Source: Octopus vulgaris
Lineage: Eukaryota
Direction: 5' to 3'
DNA length: 64,000 nucleotides
Assembly: GCA_951406725.2 (NCBI GenBank)
Contig: OX597832.1
Location: 55,118,001 to 55,182,000 of the forward strand
Shown: positions 12,481 through 25,720 of the stretch, piece by piece
How positions within the stretch are numbered: position 1 is the first letter of the stretch
Layout: each line of letters begins with the position of its first letter
The notes under the pieces: model-generated
Databases searched by the model: none
Seen by the model: the letters and a program-made list of their open reading frames with translations, nothing else
What the model was told of the DNA's origin: nothing
Translations under genes and position numbers: made by a program

Positions 12481-12899
12481 GGATCTTTTCGGTTTGAACG
12501 GCAGTTTTTTTCTAGCGGTGCCATATGAAATTGTCACCCATAATTATGACCCTAGTATCGATCTATCTATTGCATTTCAATCTGTTTTAGGGTTAGGGTT
12601 AGGGGAAAAGGTATCTTTTTTTCTTCACAAATGTAAATAAACCCAATCTGTTTCTTAAACGGGGGACATATTCATACGGCACAGAATGGTTTTTTTACCT
12701 CAATACACGTCAGTGATTGGTTGAAATTGCAGAAATTGAAGAAAAAAAACAAGAAATATCTTACAAACTATAGAATTTTCTCAATAAAGCCAAGAGAAAA
12801 AGATGTTTTATAAACACATTCTACCAGTATACGAAGTTTAAAAGTGTTTAGTTACGTGGAAATTATTTTAAAAAACTGCCGTTCAAACCGAAAAGATCC
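12481..12899. mobile_element. 419-bp non-autonomous TIR element with 34-bp flanking direct repeat and internal (TTAGGG)3
   Basis: Perfect ~30-bp TIR GGATCTTTTCGGTTTGAACGGCAGTTTTTT / AAAAAACTGCCGTTCAAACCGAAAAGATCC. Flanks 12447-12480 and 12900-12933 match at 32/34. Confidence 0.85.
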
Positions 12900-13029
12900 C
12901 CGTGTTCGAATCTCTGCACCGCTGTGTAACTTCTACCATAGTTATTATTAAACCCACGTCTTTTGAGTAAATTTTGAATAGACGGAAAGTATGGACGGGT
13001 GACCCATGCATGTTTTGGTCGATAGAATT

Positions 13030-13140
13030 TATAGCCCGAGGCTATAGTAGAAGACACTTACCCAAGGGGCCACGCAGTGGGACTGAACCCGGAACCATGT
13101 GGTTGGTAAGCAAGCTACTTGCCACACAGCCACTTCTACG

Positions 13141-13173
<33 letters not shown>

Positions 13174-13320
13174 GACGGGCTTCTTTCAGTTTCCGTCTAC
13201 CAAATCCACTCACAAGTCTTTGGTCGGCCCGAGGCTATAGTAGAAGACGCTTGACTAAAATTCTTCAAGTCGGTGCACCAGCATGGCCGCGGTACAATAA
13301 CTGAAGCTAGTAAAAGATAA
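13030..13320 (-). mobile_element. SINE family A fragments (two minus-strand pieces plus a plus-strand tail)
   Basis: CCCGAGGCTATAGTAGAAGAC occurs twice, with a tail variant at 13270-13320. Confidence 0.7.
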
Positions 13321-13794
13321 ATGTATATGCACAATTATAACCCAACACCGGAAGCAAGCACACACACACACACTTCGGATGTACACGTAATGATTATTTT
13401 AATTCAGAATAACACACTTAAACCCGCACGAATTTCCGATTGTACAGATAATAAATGGCCTTGTGTGTAAGATATTGAACTTACAATTGTTGAAATATAC
13501 GGATATACAGAACAGATGTTGTTGTTGTTGTTTTTTCTCTTTTCTTTTTTTTTTTTTTAGCAGCGGAATTTTTAAACTCAGTTCACCCAATGCTGAAAAG
13601 TTGGCACCAAATTGTTTTGGAATGCTATCTGATAGACATCGCCATTCTGGAGTTATGTAGCCTCCCTGGCAACGTCTTTTGGCTTATTAGACTTCGCTGA
13701 TATCGTCTGCATCAGTTTTGATTTGATCTGTTCGTTAACTTTCATCAAAATATATATAACTAAATCATTTAGATAGATAGATAGATAGATTTAA

Positions 13795-13986
13795 AAAAAT
13801 ACGAAGAGTAAACACTAATAAAACCACAACGTAATGACGTGGTACGTGTAAAGTATTAGTAGACGCTCAGGGAAGGAAAGAAAGATGGTTTAACGTTTCG
13901 AGCAAAGCTCTTCTTCAGAAACAGAGGAAAGTCCAATAGAAAAGGAAGGCAGAGGGGGGAAAAATTGCTAACGATTCACAACGGTG
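13795..13986 (-). mobile_element. Hammerhead-bearing element, family H2
   Basis: Colinear with 58523-58732 (+). Adjacent to (GATA)n. Confidence 0.7.
13888..13922 (-). ncRNA. Minimal type I hammerhead ribozyme, intact core
   Basis: Minus strand GTTT-CTGAAGA-A-GAGC ttt GCTC-GAAAC-GTT-AAAC: CUGANGA and GAAA cores, stem I GTTT/AAAC, palindromic AACGTT in place of stem III. Confidence 0.7.
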
Positions 13987-14133
13987 ATAATTTAGCTTAC
14001 GCATTGCGCGATACTGACATAGGTTTTAGAGCGCTGTTTCTCAACCATATATTGCTTGCCAACCCCTTTTTATCCCTATTTTAATCAACTGGACCCCTAT
14101 AACCAATTGAAGTTTTAATAAAATCCCATTATA

Positions 14134-14707
14134 TTGGGTTGTCCGGAAAGTTCGTACCGATTTTTAAAGGAAAGAAAAAGGTTAATAAGTACTTGCCATT
14201 ACCCAAGCTTTACCAGGTGCTCATGAACGACGGATTTTGATAGGTGGAGGTTTTATGCCAATTCTCGGGTTGTGCAATGTGGGTTATTCTCAATTAATGA
14301 CTTCATTTGGTCATCATCTGTAGTGGATGGTCTGCCTGATCGCTCTTTATCAATAAGGCTCCAATCTCCAGCTCGGAACCTTGTGAACCACTTCTGTACA
14401 GTTCTTTTGGATAAAGAAACATCACCATAAACTGCGCATATTTCTTTGGTTGCTTGTGAAGCATTTTTCCCTTTACGGAAAAAGAAAAGCATCAAGTGCC
14501 AGAAATGAACTTTCTTATCTTCCATTTTAAAGGGTTAGAGAATTAACACAGGTTATAGGAACACAAACCTTCTTTCACGAAAAGATAGCTTAAACTGTGC
14601 TCTAAATGGAGGTGTAGTCAAATCCTGTTTTATGGACTCGACCATGTTCTAAAATAAGTCGAAAGGTAAGCTACTATAAATCGGCACGAACTTTCCGAAC
14701 AACCCAA
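14134..14707 (-). mobile_element. Internally deleted mariner element (574 bp) with TA TSD
   Basis: 30-bp TIRs TTGGGTTGTCCGGAAAGTTCGTACCGATTT / AAATCGGCACGAACTTTCCGAACAACCCAA (2 mismatches), TA on both sides. Confidence 0.92.
14253..14525 (-). pseudogene. Truncated mariner transposase: N-terminal HTH DNA-binding region only (90 aa)
   Basis: MEDKKVHFWHLMLFFFRKGKNASQATKEICAVYG...KWFTRFRAGDWSLIDKERSGRP...TTRELA has the mariner HTH and RSGRP linker signature. No DD34D domain. Confidence 0.88.
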
Positions 14708-15741
14708 TATTTTTACAGTTAAATATCATTAGGAATTGTATGAAAAAAATTAAATGAAGTGTATGTTTATTGCAGAATGCATTTGAATAAAGTTGGTAAC
14801 ATGCAAAACCATATATATATATATATAATACAGTTCGAGGGTGAAAATCCGCCCAAAGACTAACACATATATAGTTTAATCTTTACAGTTCTTTACATAT
14901 TGAGATCGTTTCAAAATACTCAGGATAAAAATTTCCAGTCTTTAAGCAAATTCTTTAAATCTGCGCTCCAGCTTACAACACAATCCTTTACGCACACGTG
15001 GTGTGCCTTTACGGCCAACTATCGGGAGACAATTACTTCTTGATGAGTTCAGGCACGATCGGAACTTTGAATGTTAAACTGAAGAGTAATAAGGAAGGTA
15101 CTCAGAATATCCATATTCAACATTTCTTTTTTCCGCACGTCATAACGATCTTGAAATTTTTAATCATTGGTAGCCATGTATATAGCGCTATTTCATCCTT
15201 CTTTGAAACTGTCAGCATGGCATAACTCGAAGCAAATAAATTACATTAAACAAACATTTTACGAAGCTAATCGTTTGAAAATTAATGTTTTCTGTTAGAT
15301 TCCTGCGAGTTGTTTTAACGATTCTTGATGTTACAGCTAAACAAAGCTGCAGCCCTTTTGTAAACAACAGTTAAATCGCTGTATTTACTGCCGTCGGGCA
15401 AATTAAAAAAATCAAAGAATGCATCTATACAGGTTGCGGAATTTCTTTTTATCTGTTACTTCACATGTTTCAAAGTTTCGTACTTAAGTAGCGATGTTTA
15501 ACAGAATGATCTCATCATGAATGTAAATCAAAGTTGATTCTAACACCTTCAGTCCGGGTGTCTATCATCTCAAACATCATTATCAGGAATATTAACCGTC
15601 TCTGAATTTTCACAATGGCCAGAGCCTCAACATGGTTGTTAATTCTACTGGAAATGGCAGTTGAGTCTTCCTCAAATCATGCATTCTGTTGCCTTCGAGG
15701 TATAATGGTAAGTTAGAGTACCTTAGATTCGTCTCTGTATA

Positions 15742-15968
15742 TCTATTTCTTTATTACCCACAAGGGGCTAAACACAGAAGGGACAAACAAGGACAGACAT
15801 AGGCATTAAGTCAATTACATCGACCCCAGTGCGTAACTGGTACTTAATTTATCGACCCCGAAAGGATGAAAGGCAAAGTCGACCTCGGCGGAATTTGAAC
15901 TCACAACGTAACGCAGACGAAATACCGCTAAGCATTTCGCCCGGTGTGCTAACGTTTCTGCCAGCTCG
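15742..15968 (-). mobile_element. tRNA-SINE family B (Meta/Nin-like central domain)
   Basis: Minus strand GAGCTGGCAGAAACGTTAGCAC...GAGTTCAAATTCCGCCGAGGTCGACTTTGCCTTTCATCCTTTCGGGGTCGATAAA...AAGAAATAG. Near-duplicated flank CGTCTCT(G/A)TATATC. Confidence 0.85.
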
Positions 15969-16475
15969 TCTCTATATATCACTAGCCAATGAAAGAGCCT
16001 CCATGTGGTTATTCATTCAGCTGGAAATAGTAGTAAAATCTCATTCAAATCGTACGTCTTTTTACCTTCTTCAAAAAGAAAAGCAAGGTCACGTTGAACA
16101 ATGTAGCCTTGTCTAAACTATGTCTGAATAAAAGATGAGATGGTTACAGTCTGTATGTCTTCAATCGTTGCTCTTCTCGATTAAAGCTGACTTGAGATTA
16201 AACACCGACAATAAACAACTGGCACATAACGTTACCGACCGCAGAGTTTCGCTAACTGAAGATTCTTCAAGCAGAACTCGAATTGACGAAAGACGGGCGA
16301 TGTCTGTTTGAAATGTTAAACTTGTCATTTCTCTCTTCACCTCACAACCGATATTAATTTTCTTTGACATATTTTATTCATTGTTTTCAAATGGAAGCAC
16401 GGACCATTATTACTTGCCTCAAACTTCATTTTATTTATCTTGAATGTTATGGTTTTATAGACCAAGTTCTACCAT

Positions 16476-16880
16476 AGGCGCAGGAGTGGCTGTGTGATAA
16501 GTAGCTTGTTTACCAACCACATGGTTCCGGGTTCAGTCCCACTGCGTGGCACCTTAGGCAAGTGTCTTCTATTATAGCCTTGGGCTGATCAAAGCCTTGT
16601 GAGCAGATTTGGTTGACGGAAACTGAAAGAAGCCCGTCGTATATATGTATATATATATATGTGTGTGTTTGTGTGTCTGTGTTTGTCCCCCTAGCATTGC
16701 TTGACAACCGATGCTGGTGTGTTTATGTCCCCGTTACTTAGCGGTTCGGCAAAAGGCACCGATAGAATAAGTACTGGGCTTACAAAAGAATAAGTCCCAG
16801 GGTCGAGTTGCTCGATTAAAGGCGGTGCTCCATCATGGCTGCAGTCAAATGACTGAAACAAGTAAAAGAGAGAGAGAGAG
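16476..16880 (+). mobile_element. SINE family A, full length
   Basis: Complete head, microsatellite and tail, ending in (GA)n. Confidence 0.9.
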
Positions 16881-19031
16881 ATTGTGTGTCTTTCGTGCTT
16901 TCGAGATCATTTTAAAATGTACTGGTCGAGTACTGGGGTCGTAGGTATCGACTTAACGCCAACCACCGAGCTTGCTGGCCTTGTGCCAAAATTTGAAACT
17001 TATATTTTATAGTCGAAGACATGGTTGTGTAGTTAAGGAGCTCGCTTTTGAACCACGAGGTTTCTGGTTCCATCCACTACGCGGCACCTTGACGGGCTTC
17101 TTTCAGTTTGCCCCAATCGAATCCATTCACAAGACTTTTGGTTGACGTTCGGAGCGATAGTAGAAGACATTAGCCCAAGATGCTGCACTGTAGGACAGAA
17201 TCCAAGGCCACACACGGTTGCAAAGCAAGCTTCTTGAGAAGTTTAACTTTTTACAAAGGAGAGATAGATCGATATTGTGTGGCGTTCATTCCGTTCTTCT
17301 GGCCATTTATGATGTAAGTGGGATGAAAAAAAGACTAGAATCTAGAATTCAGAACAAACGAACAACTGACGTGCTCGCTTTTCCGGAAGTCCGCCACTTC
17401 TCTGACGGCACTTGCCTGACATTTGTACTAATATTACACTCGTAAGTACTGCCCCGAATATAAACCGAAGATCAGCTGATCGAGTTGGCATTAAAATGGT
17501 GTACATGATGTGGTTTTGGCAATCACTCAGATCTGTGGTAACCGAAGAAGTGAGGTTCCTGACCTTTCTGTTGAGAAGAAGACTGGCATAAAAGATTTAT
17601 TTGTAACGGTAGAGGAAAGAAGTGCTGTTGTGACTAGATTCTAATGGAATTAAAATTGGAGCTGTTTTGTGTGTGTTCCTGTCTGTGTTGTTGGTGTGTA
17701 TTGTTGTATGTGTGTGTATGGTTTGTGAGCTATTGTTGCAGTGTGTTCATGTGTGAGTATTTATATATGAGCTGTTGTTGTTCTGTGTGTATTTGTGTAG
17801 CTGGGTATGTATGTGTGAATTTGTGTGCAGTTGTATGTATGTGTTTATGCTTAAGTTGATGTATGTGTAGTTAGTTGTATGTTTGTGTGTATTGGTATAG
17901 GTGTGTATTTATGTATGAGTTGTGTGTTTATGTGTGTGTCGGTGTGTGCGTTGATATGTGAGTTGTGCGTGTGTTGAAATATCGATTTGTTATCGAAGAA
18001 CCTTGTTATCCATGTGATCCATACTTGTCCACAAAATCTCGAAATCTTCTCTTCGTGTTACAATGAATTCTTTTTTTTGTTTGTTTTTTCTTAAAACCTT
18101 TCTTCATAGCTTCACCCCCTACCCCTCACCACCACCAACAACAACACAAACAAACAAGCGTACGCACTCTTCATTATCTGTGAAGCAAGTTCAAGGTGAA
18201 CCGAGTTCGCTCACTCATCCCGATTCCTTGTAAAATTTCCACACAACATATATCGATTATGACGGCAAGAACCGCATATCGAATTACTATATACACCCAC
18301 CTCTACCCTCTGTATAAATTTAGGATCTTATTTGTGTGTATTTAATAAGAAGTGGGTATCTATTTCCATTCCCTTGAGACAGTATTCTATACCGGTTTCT
18401 CTCATTTCATTTTATCACTTCGTCTTTTCTTTTCACCTGTTTCATTCATTGGACTACGGCCATGCTGGAGCACGGCATTGACGGGTTTAGACGAACAAAT
18501 CCATCCCAGTATTTGTTTTCATTTTAAAGTCCTGTACTTATTCTAGCAGTCTGTTTTGTCGAACCGGTAAGTTACAGGGACGTAGTCCAAGTTATACCTC
18601 TTATACATACACGGATGATTTGCTGGTTACGTGAGTTGAGTAAACTCTGTTTAGACTGCTGAATTGACCAGTTGTATTACCTGGAATTCGTCTGAGTGGT
18701 CTGTTTAGCCAAAGAGACACGGAAGGGCTTTTAAATTAATTTGCCAAACTATCTATTTGATCTCCTGTGTATAAAACTAGAAACTATTCATTATTATCCT
18801 GATCTAATAAGATTATCCAATGTAAACACTATAAACCATGACCCCCCAAAACATGTTCAAACCTACGAGAATGAAGGTCTATTCAGAATAACAAGACCCC
18901 AAGATTCACAAACTAGTATATCAAACATACATACCCATCTTCAGCTGCCTAACTCTATCACTGTGGTTTCGACTTCTGACCAGTGCCATTCAATCAGGTG
19001 CTAACAAACAGATAGATATAGATTAATGTTT

Positions 19032-19087
<56 letters not shown>

Positions 19088-19502
19088 AATTTCCGTTTCA
19101 TTTTGGGTTTAATGAGAATTAGAGTAATGGGGATTGTTCATAAATTCAGCTATACGTTATTATTAGAGCTGTTTAAACGATCACAAGAAGCCACTTCTGT
19201 ACACCTATTTCTTTAAGCTTCCCTGAAATTGTACAAGTGAAATAGATTTATCATCTACAAAATATGTTTCCGTTGGAAATTTTACCTGAATCAGCAAACA
19301 CTAATCTTTATTCACGTAAGAGTGATAATGATATCTAATGATGGTCAATCTGATTTAATCTACCGTAGAGTTGCTCTTTACTGTTATTCAATATTTTTTT
19401 AATGATTATATCTTTGAAAGACATCGTTAAAATCAAATCATTCATTTATTCGCCAATTGATCACTTCGCTATTTTCCTTTTTATTTCTTTATTTCTTCAT
19501 TG

Positions 19503-19538
<36 letters not shown>

Positions 19539-19960
19539 GGGTGGCGAGCTGACAGAATCATTAGCACGCCGGGCAAAAAATGCTTAGCGGTATTTCGTCT
19601 GCCGCTACGTTCAGAGTTTAAATTCCGCCGAGATCGACTTTGCCTTTCATACTTTCGGGGTCGATTAAATAAGTGCCAGTTACGCACTGGGGTCGATATA
19701 ATCGACTTTATCCGTTTGTCTGTCCTTGTTTGTCCCCTCTGTGTTTAGCTCCTTGTGGGTAGTAAAGAAATAGGTATTTCATCTGTCTTTACGTCTGAGT
19801 TCAAATTCCGCCGTGGACGACTTTGCCGTTCATCCTTTCGGGGTCGATTAAATAAGTACCAGTTACGCATTGGGGTCGATTTAATCGACTTTATCCGTTT
19901 GTCTGTCCTTGTTTGTTCCCTCTGTGTTTAGCCCCTTGCGGGCAATAAAATATAAAATAA
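19539..19960 (+). mobile_element. SINE family B, head-to-tail dimer
   Basis: After AAAGAAATAG the sequence restarts at the internal GTATTTC (about 19774). Confidence 0.85.
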
Positions 19961-20199
19961 GAAATGATTATTGGAGCTGTTTGAGACAACTCTTATCAAT
20001 TTGACACACATGGTCATAGACATCCTAATCGGGACCGCCTCGTCTTTTAAACAATTTTATATCTACCACTATTTCTAATTAGCAGAGCAATAACAACGCA
20101 CATAAAGACACAACATCCTTTACGATAAACTGTAGCATGCTGTTGTTGTCTTCTTCCAATCAGGACTCACGCCATTAGCCACAAAGAATAATCTCTAAT

Positions 20200-20618
20200 T
20201 CGAGCCTACTCTAAGCTGCTAAGAATGCGTGCGGCAACTTGAAGATCCACCCATCTCACGCGATAGACTGGCGGTTGCACGGGCGCGAAAGCTACGTTGT
20301 TATCCTCATTCCGTAAACGGTGGCTTTTAAAAGGTGGAGAGCTGAACCATCCTGGGGTACAGAAGATTCACAATCTAGACTAGGGCCATAGTGGGTTACA
20401 CCATGGTTCCTCTGCTTTGTAGCAGAAGTGGGAAGAAAAAGTGAGGGAAAGTTGTGGTGAAAGAGTACAGAGGGGTTCACCACCACCCTCTGCTGGAGCC
20501 TCGTCGAGCTTAGGTGTTTTTGCTCAATAAACATTCACAATGCCCGGTCTGGGAGTCGAGACCGCGTTCTTACGACCGCGAGTGCGCTGCTCTAACCATT
20601 GGGCCATTGCGCCTCCAC
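20200..20618 (-). mobile_element. tRNA-SINE family C (OR1-like head and body) with a distinct 3' region
   Basis: Minus strand GTGGAGGCGCAATGGCCCAATGGTTAGAGCAGCG...GGTCTCGACTCCC. The body matches 43875-44260, then diverges below about 20435. The lower boundary is uncertain. Confidence 0.7.
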
Positions 20619-21194
20619 TTGCTGTTGTTGTTGTTATTTCTTGTTTTTTTTTGTTTTTTTTTCTTTTTTTTTTTTGCTGGAATGTTTTCATTGCAGTGTG
20701 TGATGTCCTCCTACGCGACACCGAAAACGCTACAAAACTGCAGCAATTTGCAATCATTAGAGTATTATGATAAGAGAAGATAATTGCGCTTAAATAATTT
20801 GTTAATGCTCCTTTTTATATATATAATGGAAACCTCTAAAAGTGTAACATATTTGGAGAAATAATGATCCGGCGTTTTTGTTATTTGACTCTAAATATTT
20901 TCGTATCAACACTGACTCATTCAATAATTTCGTTCTGACCTTTTTTCTTTTTTTTCTTTCTTCTTTTCTTTTCTTTTTTTTTTTCCCCCTCTTTCTGTTA
21001 ATTAACGTAATGTATGCTGAAAGATAAACACTTATAACTGGATGTTCTTTTATCAAAGATATATCAATAATTAGGGAATTTGTTTAGCTGCTTGCTGTTG
21101 CTGTTGTTATTTAATTAATTCCTAGAATCATATAGCCGTTCCCGCCGTGACCACCTCGTCTCATTGTATATAGCAATGACTACGTTACTCTTTA

Positions 21195-21418
21195 CTCTCT
21201 CTTTTACTCTTTTACTTGTTTCAGTCATTTGACTGCGGCCATGCTGGAGCACCGCCTTTAATCGAGCAACTCGACCCCGGGACTTATTTTTTTTGTAAGC
21301 CCAGTACTTATTCTATCGGTCTCTTTTGCCGAACCGCTAAGTAACGGGGGACATAAATACATCAGCATCGGTTGTCAGCAATGCTAGGGGGATAAACACA
21401 GACACACAAACACACACA

Positions 21419-21477
<59 letters not shown>

Positions 21478-21525
21478 GACGGGCTTCTTTTTCAGTTTCC
21501 GTCTACCAAATCTACTCACAAGGCT
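21195..21525 (-). mobile_element. SINE family A, 5'-truncated
   Basis: Tail, body and (TA)n present; head absent. Confidence 0.85.
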
Positions 21526-21587
21526 AATCGGTTAGTCGGATGTAGAGCAACAGTTTCTAAGAATTCGGCCACTGTCCGACTTAAATA

Positions 21588-21842
21588 TGCCACTCCGCTG
21601 ATTACGACGATGGTGGTTCCACTTGATCCGACCAACGGAACAGTCTGCCCGTGCAGTTAACGTGCAAGTGGCTGAGCACTCCACAGTCATGCGTACCCTT
21701 CACGTAGTTCTCGCAGGAGATTCAGCGCGACGCTGAATGCGACAAGGCGGACGTTTGATTTACAGGTACAACTCATCTTTGCCCGTTGAGTGGACTGGAG
21801 CAACGTGAAATAAAGTGTCTTGTTCAAGGACACAACGCGCTT
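21588..21842 (-). mobile_element. SINE family D body with the 3' tail shared with family C
   Basis: GTGTCCTTGAACAAGACACTTT domain followed by a tail homologous to 43880-44060. Further copies at 30345-30510 and 31785-32010. Confidence 0.7.
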
Positions 21843-22272
21843 CTTCAGCAATCGACCTTCGAAATGGATAGAATTTACAAACTTTTACATCAGATCGAAT
21901 GTGCTTAGCATTTGTTTGATTTGTAAAAAGGCCGTTTTTACTGTGGTTTGCCATGGAGAAAATTTCTCGCTTTAGACAAAAGGTGTAAAACGCGTAAGTT
22001 ATTTCAGAGCACCCCCGTTCCCAGGGACTAATGCTTACATTTCGAGCTCTTTATACTCTCATCAGTATCAGATAACATGCGAGACAACTCTGATATCACT
22101 GGAGGTCCTGACTTCCTTTATAATGAAAAATCTGTAGAAATTATAAAAGAGGAACTTCGTTGTTGCCGCCAGGCCGGAACAGAACAGCTGGTTTCTGCAT
22201 TTAGTAACGACAGCAAAAGCAAATTTCAATCTCCATCTTCTTTGTCCCTTCCCATCCTCATCGCTCCCCCTT

Positions 22273-22318
<46 letters not shown>

Positions 22319-22668
22319 TCTCAGGAATGCTTCCTTGTTTATCTGGAAATAAATACATATGCTATTAATAAATTTGACATTATTGGAGCCTCAAGAATTG
22401 TGGATATGTTTTTTTTTTTGTTGTTGTTGTTATTGTGGCTGTTGCTGCATACGTGCTTGCCCGTTACCAAATACATGCGCACATACGTCCACATCCACAT
22501 ACAAACACACACACGCACGCACGCACGCATACATCCGCATACGCATGCAAAAACGCGCACACGACATAGGTGCTTGTGGTGCATATGCTCTATGTCTGAC
22601 TTGCCGTGTCTTAATCTCAAGATCTCTTCCCCCCCCTCCCTCTTCCTCCTTCTTCCTGCCCACCCCAC

Positions 22669-22703
<35 letters not shown>

Positions 22704-22809
22704 GTTTCCTTGGCATGTGTTTATATCAATCGACTCACTTATGTATTTAGAACATCTTTATAGAAACATATTCCTTGTGATCGTGCCAAATCGGTTGGTA
22801 GTGCCAATT

Positions 22810-22861
<52 letters not shown>

Positions 22862-23051
22862 TTTTTCATCTCTCTCTCTCACATACACACACTATTTTTC
22901 ATCACTTTATATACACATACCACTTTTTTTTTTTATCGTTGCGAGAAATATATATATAAACATACACACTTTACTTTTCATATTATATATATTACACACA
23001 CTGTTTTTATCGTTTATATATATATAACCATACATACACAGTTTTTATCAT

Positions 23052-23122
<71 letters not shown>

Positions 23123-23330
23123 ATTTTATCCTTTTATTTCATATATATATATATACATACATACATTGACCTGTTTACAGTTCCGTTTGACGTCCAATCC
23201 ATTTTCGTATTGCTTTTGTTCCGCCATCGTATTTTTTGTCATATCCTAAATGTAAATATAGAAGACGGCTTCATCCTGATATACCAATTAAAAACATTAG
23301 TCAATAATAGACTTACTTTCTCTCTCTCTC

Positions 23331-23363
<33 letters not shown>

Positions 23364-23710
23364 TTCTCCGAATGCCATGTGTGTCTAACAGGAATGGCGG
23401 CAACAGTACATAACATGTTTACCGGCGCGCCTTTATTCATTGTCCCACTTTCGGTTACCCGGATGTAGAAATTGCTGATATTTTTATCTGCCATCTTTAT
23501 CCCCCCCCCCCCGTTTTTTTCCTTTACGTGCTGCAACGAAATACAAAAACAAACTATAATAAATAAATAAAATAAATAAATTGCAAAAAGAACTTGGGTT
23601 TTTCGAAGGATTTGTTAATCTCCCAACTTGTAAAATAATTATCGTCTTTCATGTGTTTTGTGTAAAGTGTTTGCTCATTAACAACACATATACACAGAAA
23701 TAGAGATATA

Positions 23711-23851
23711 TAAGATTGTCCCAAAAGTTCGTAGAAAGTCTTGGAAAATAATGGTCTTTATTTTGAGGAATAATTTTTGTTGTTTTTGTTAGTACTTGGC
23801 GAGTAAAAATTCAATTTTCGCAAGTGTTTACGAACTTTTGGGACAACCTAA
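23711..23851. mobile_element. 141-bp mariner-type MITE with TA TSD
   Basis: TIRs TAAGATTGTCCCAAAAGTTCGTA / TACGAACTTTTGGGACAACCTAA, TA flanks. The TIR resembles that of 14134-14707. Confidence 0.8.
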
Positions 23852-24187
23852 TATTAACACACGTGTGTGTACAAACGAAAGAGAAGGCGATCTTTCGATA
23901 TATGAACATATAATGGCGGACAACAAAAGGAAATGATTGAAAGCACTTGCAATGAAATGATTATGATTTACTTTTATTTTGAATCATTTCACTTCCTTTG
24001 AGTTTGTGAGACTTTGTCGTCTGCCATAATATGTCCATAAGAGCGCTTGTCAAATTACGTGGTTATATAATTATTTGTACTAAAAATAAAAAAACAATTT
24101 TGACTTATGTGCATTTCGTAATCGCACAAGCCACACTTGATCATTCCAAGCCGATAACGGTAAATAGTGGTGAAGAAGCGTCAACGT

Positions 24188-24338
24188 CCACGTAACTTAG
24201 CGGTTCGGCAAAAGAGAGCAATAGAATAAGTACTAGGCTTACAAAGAATAAGTCCTGGGGGTCGATTTGCTCGACTAAAGGTGGTGCTCCAGCATGCCCA
24301 CAGTCAAATGACTGAAACGAGTAAAAGAGTAAAGAGAG
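24188..24338 (+). mobile_element. SINE family A 3' fragment
   Basis: GTAACTTAGCGGTTCGGC...GAGTAAAAGAG. Confidence 0.85.
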
Positions 24339-24407
<69 letters not shown>

Positions 24408-24582
24408 AAATGAGAGAGAGAGCACTATAATTATTGTCATTTACATCCGATTTTTAAAACAGGTCGTTATTCGCCAACGAATATTGAACTTCTGAATCCT
24501 GAAACAAACTCTTAACTTCAATCGGAAATTCTTTGACGGTGTAACATTCAACTGTCTGTAGCTATTTCTTGTTTGTCGGCGC

Positions 24583-24637
<55 letters not shown>

Positions 24638-24737
24638 TGTATGTATGCATATATTTTATTTATTACACTATTGTCTGACAGCGCCTTCGCGTCCGGTTCG
24701 ATTCGTCGCTTCGTTCCTTCTCTTATCCTCCCAGTAC

Positions 24738-24825
<88 letters not shown>

Positions 24826-25080
24826 TTATATATTGTTCATTGGTACCATACACACACACACACACCGCCACCACTACTACCATCACCACCGCCACCACCA
24901 CCAGAATTATCGTCACCGCCATTACCGCCACGCCGCCACCGTACCTTGAGTGTAATTTGCCCTAATTTTAGAAATATGTGCAAGGAAATTGTTTCCGTCG
25001 TTATTAGAGCTCCCCCATTGAGTGAAGCAGTCAAATGTCGCCACTGGGAGCTTCATTAAGTCGAACTTATTAAAAATCCG

Positions 25081-25155
<75 letters not shown>

Positions 25156-25371
25156 CATATATCATCCTCAAGTCTCCGTAGTCAGGGTGATTAAAGCTTT
25201 CTCATATCCAAACACGACGAGTGTATTTCTTCGAGTGATGCAAAATTTGTTGTGGAGAATTACAGGTTTTGTAATGGCCATTGAGCACTGGCGGAGTAAA
25301 CAAATGGAGGTCAGATACAAAAATTAGCATTAAAATTTCTAATTAAAAAATTGAAAAAAAAACTACGTAGA

Positions 25372-25720
25372 GGCAGGCGTGGCTGTATGGTTAGAAAGCT
25401 TGCTTTTCCAACCACGCGTTCTTGAGTTCAGTCCCGCTGCGCGGTACCTTGGTCAAGTGTCTTCTGCTATATCCCGAACCGACCAAAGGCTTGTGAGTGG
25501 ATTTGGTAGATGGAAACCGAAAGAAGCTTATCGTATGCATAAGTGTGTGTGTGTGTGTATTTGCCTATGTCCTCGTAAATTAGCGGTTCGGCAAAAGAAA
25601 CCGATAGAGTAAGCAGCTGGCTTAAAAAGATAAGTTCTAGGGTTGATTTGTTCGGCTAAACCCGTCAATGCGGTGCCCCAGTATGGCCGTAATCAGACGA
25701 GGGGAAACAAAAGATAGAGA
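25372..25720 (+). mobile_element. SINE family A, diverged
   Basis: Degenerate head, body and tail. Confidence 0.75.

Noticed and set aside
12587-12604. Interstitial telomere or chromosome fusion site
   Set aside because: Only three units, and they are internal to a TIR element.
22077-22352. 91-aa ORF with a plausible-looking N-terminus
   Set aside because: Runs into (CT)n, with no domain or splice support.
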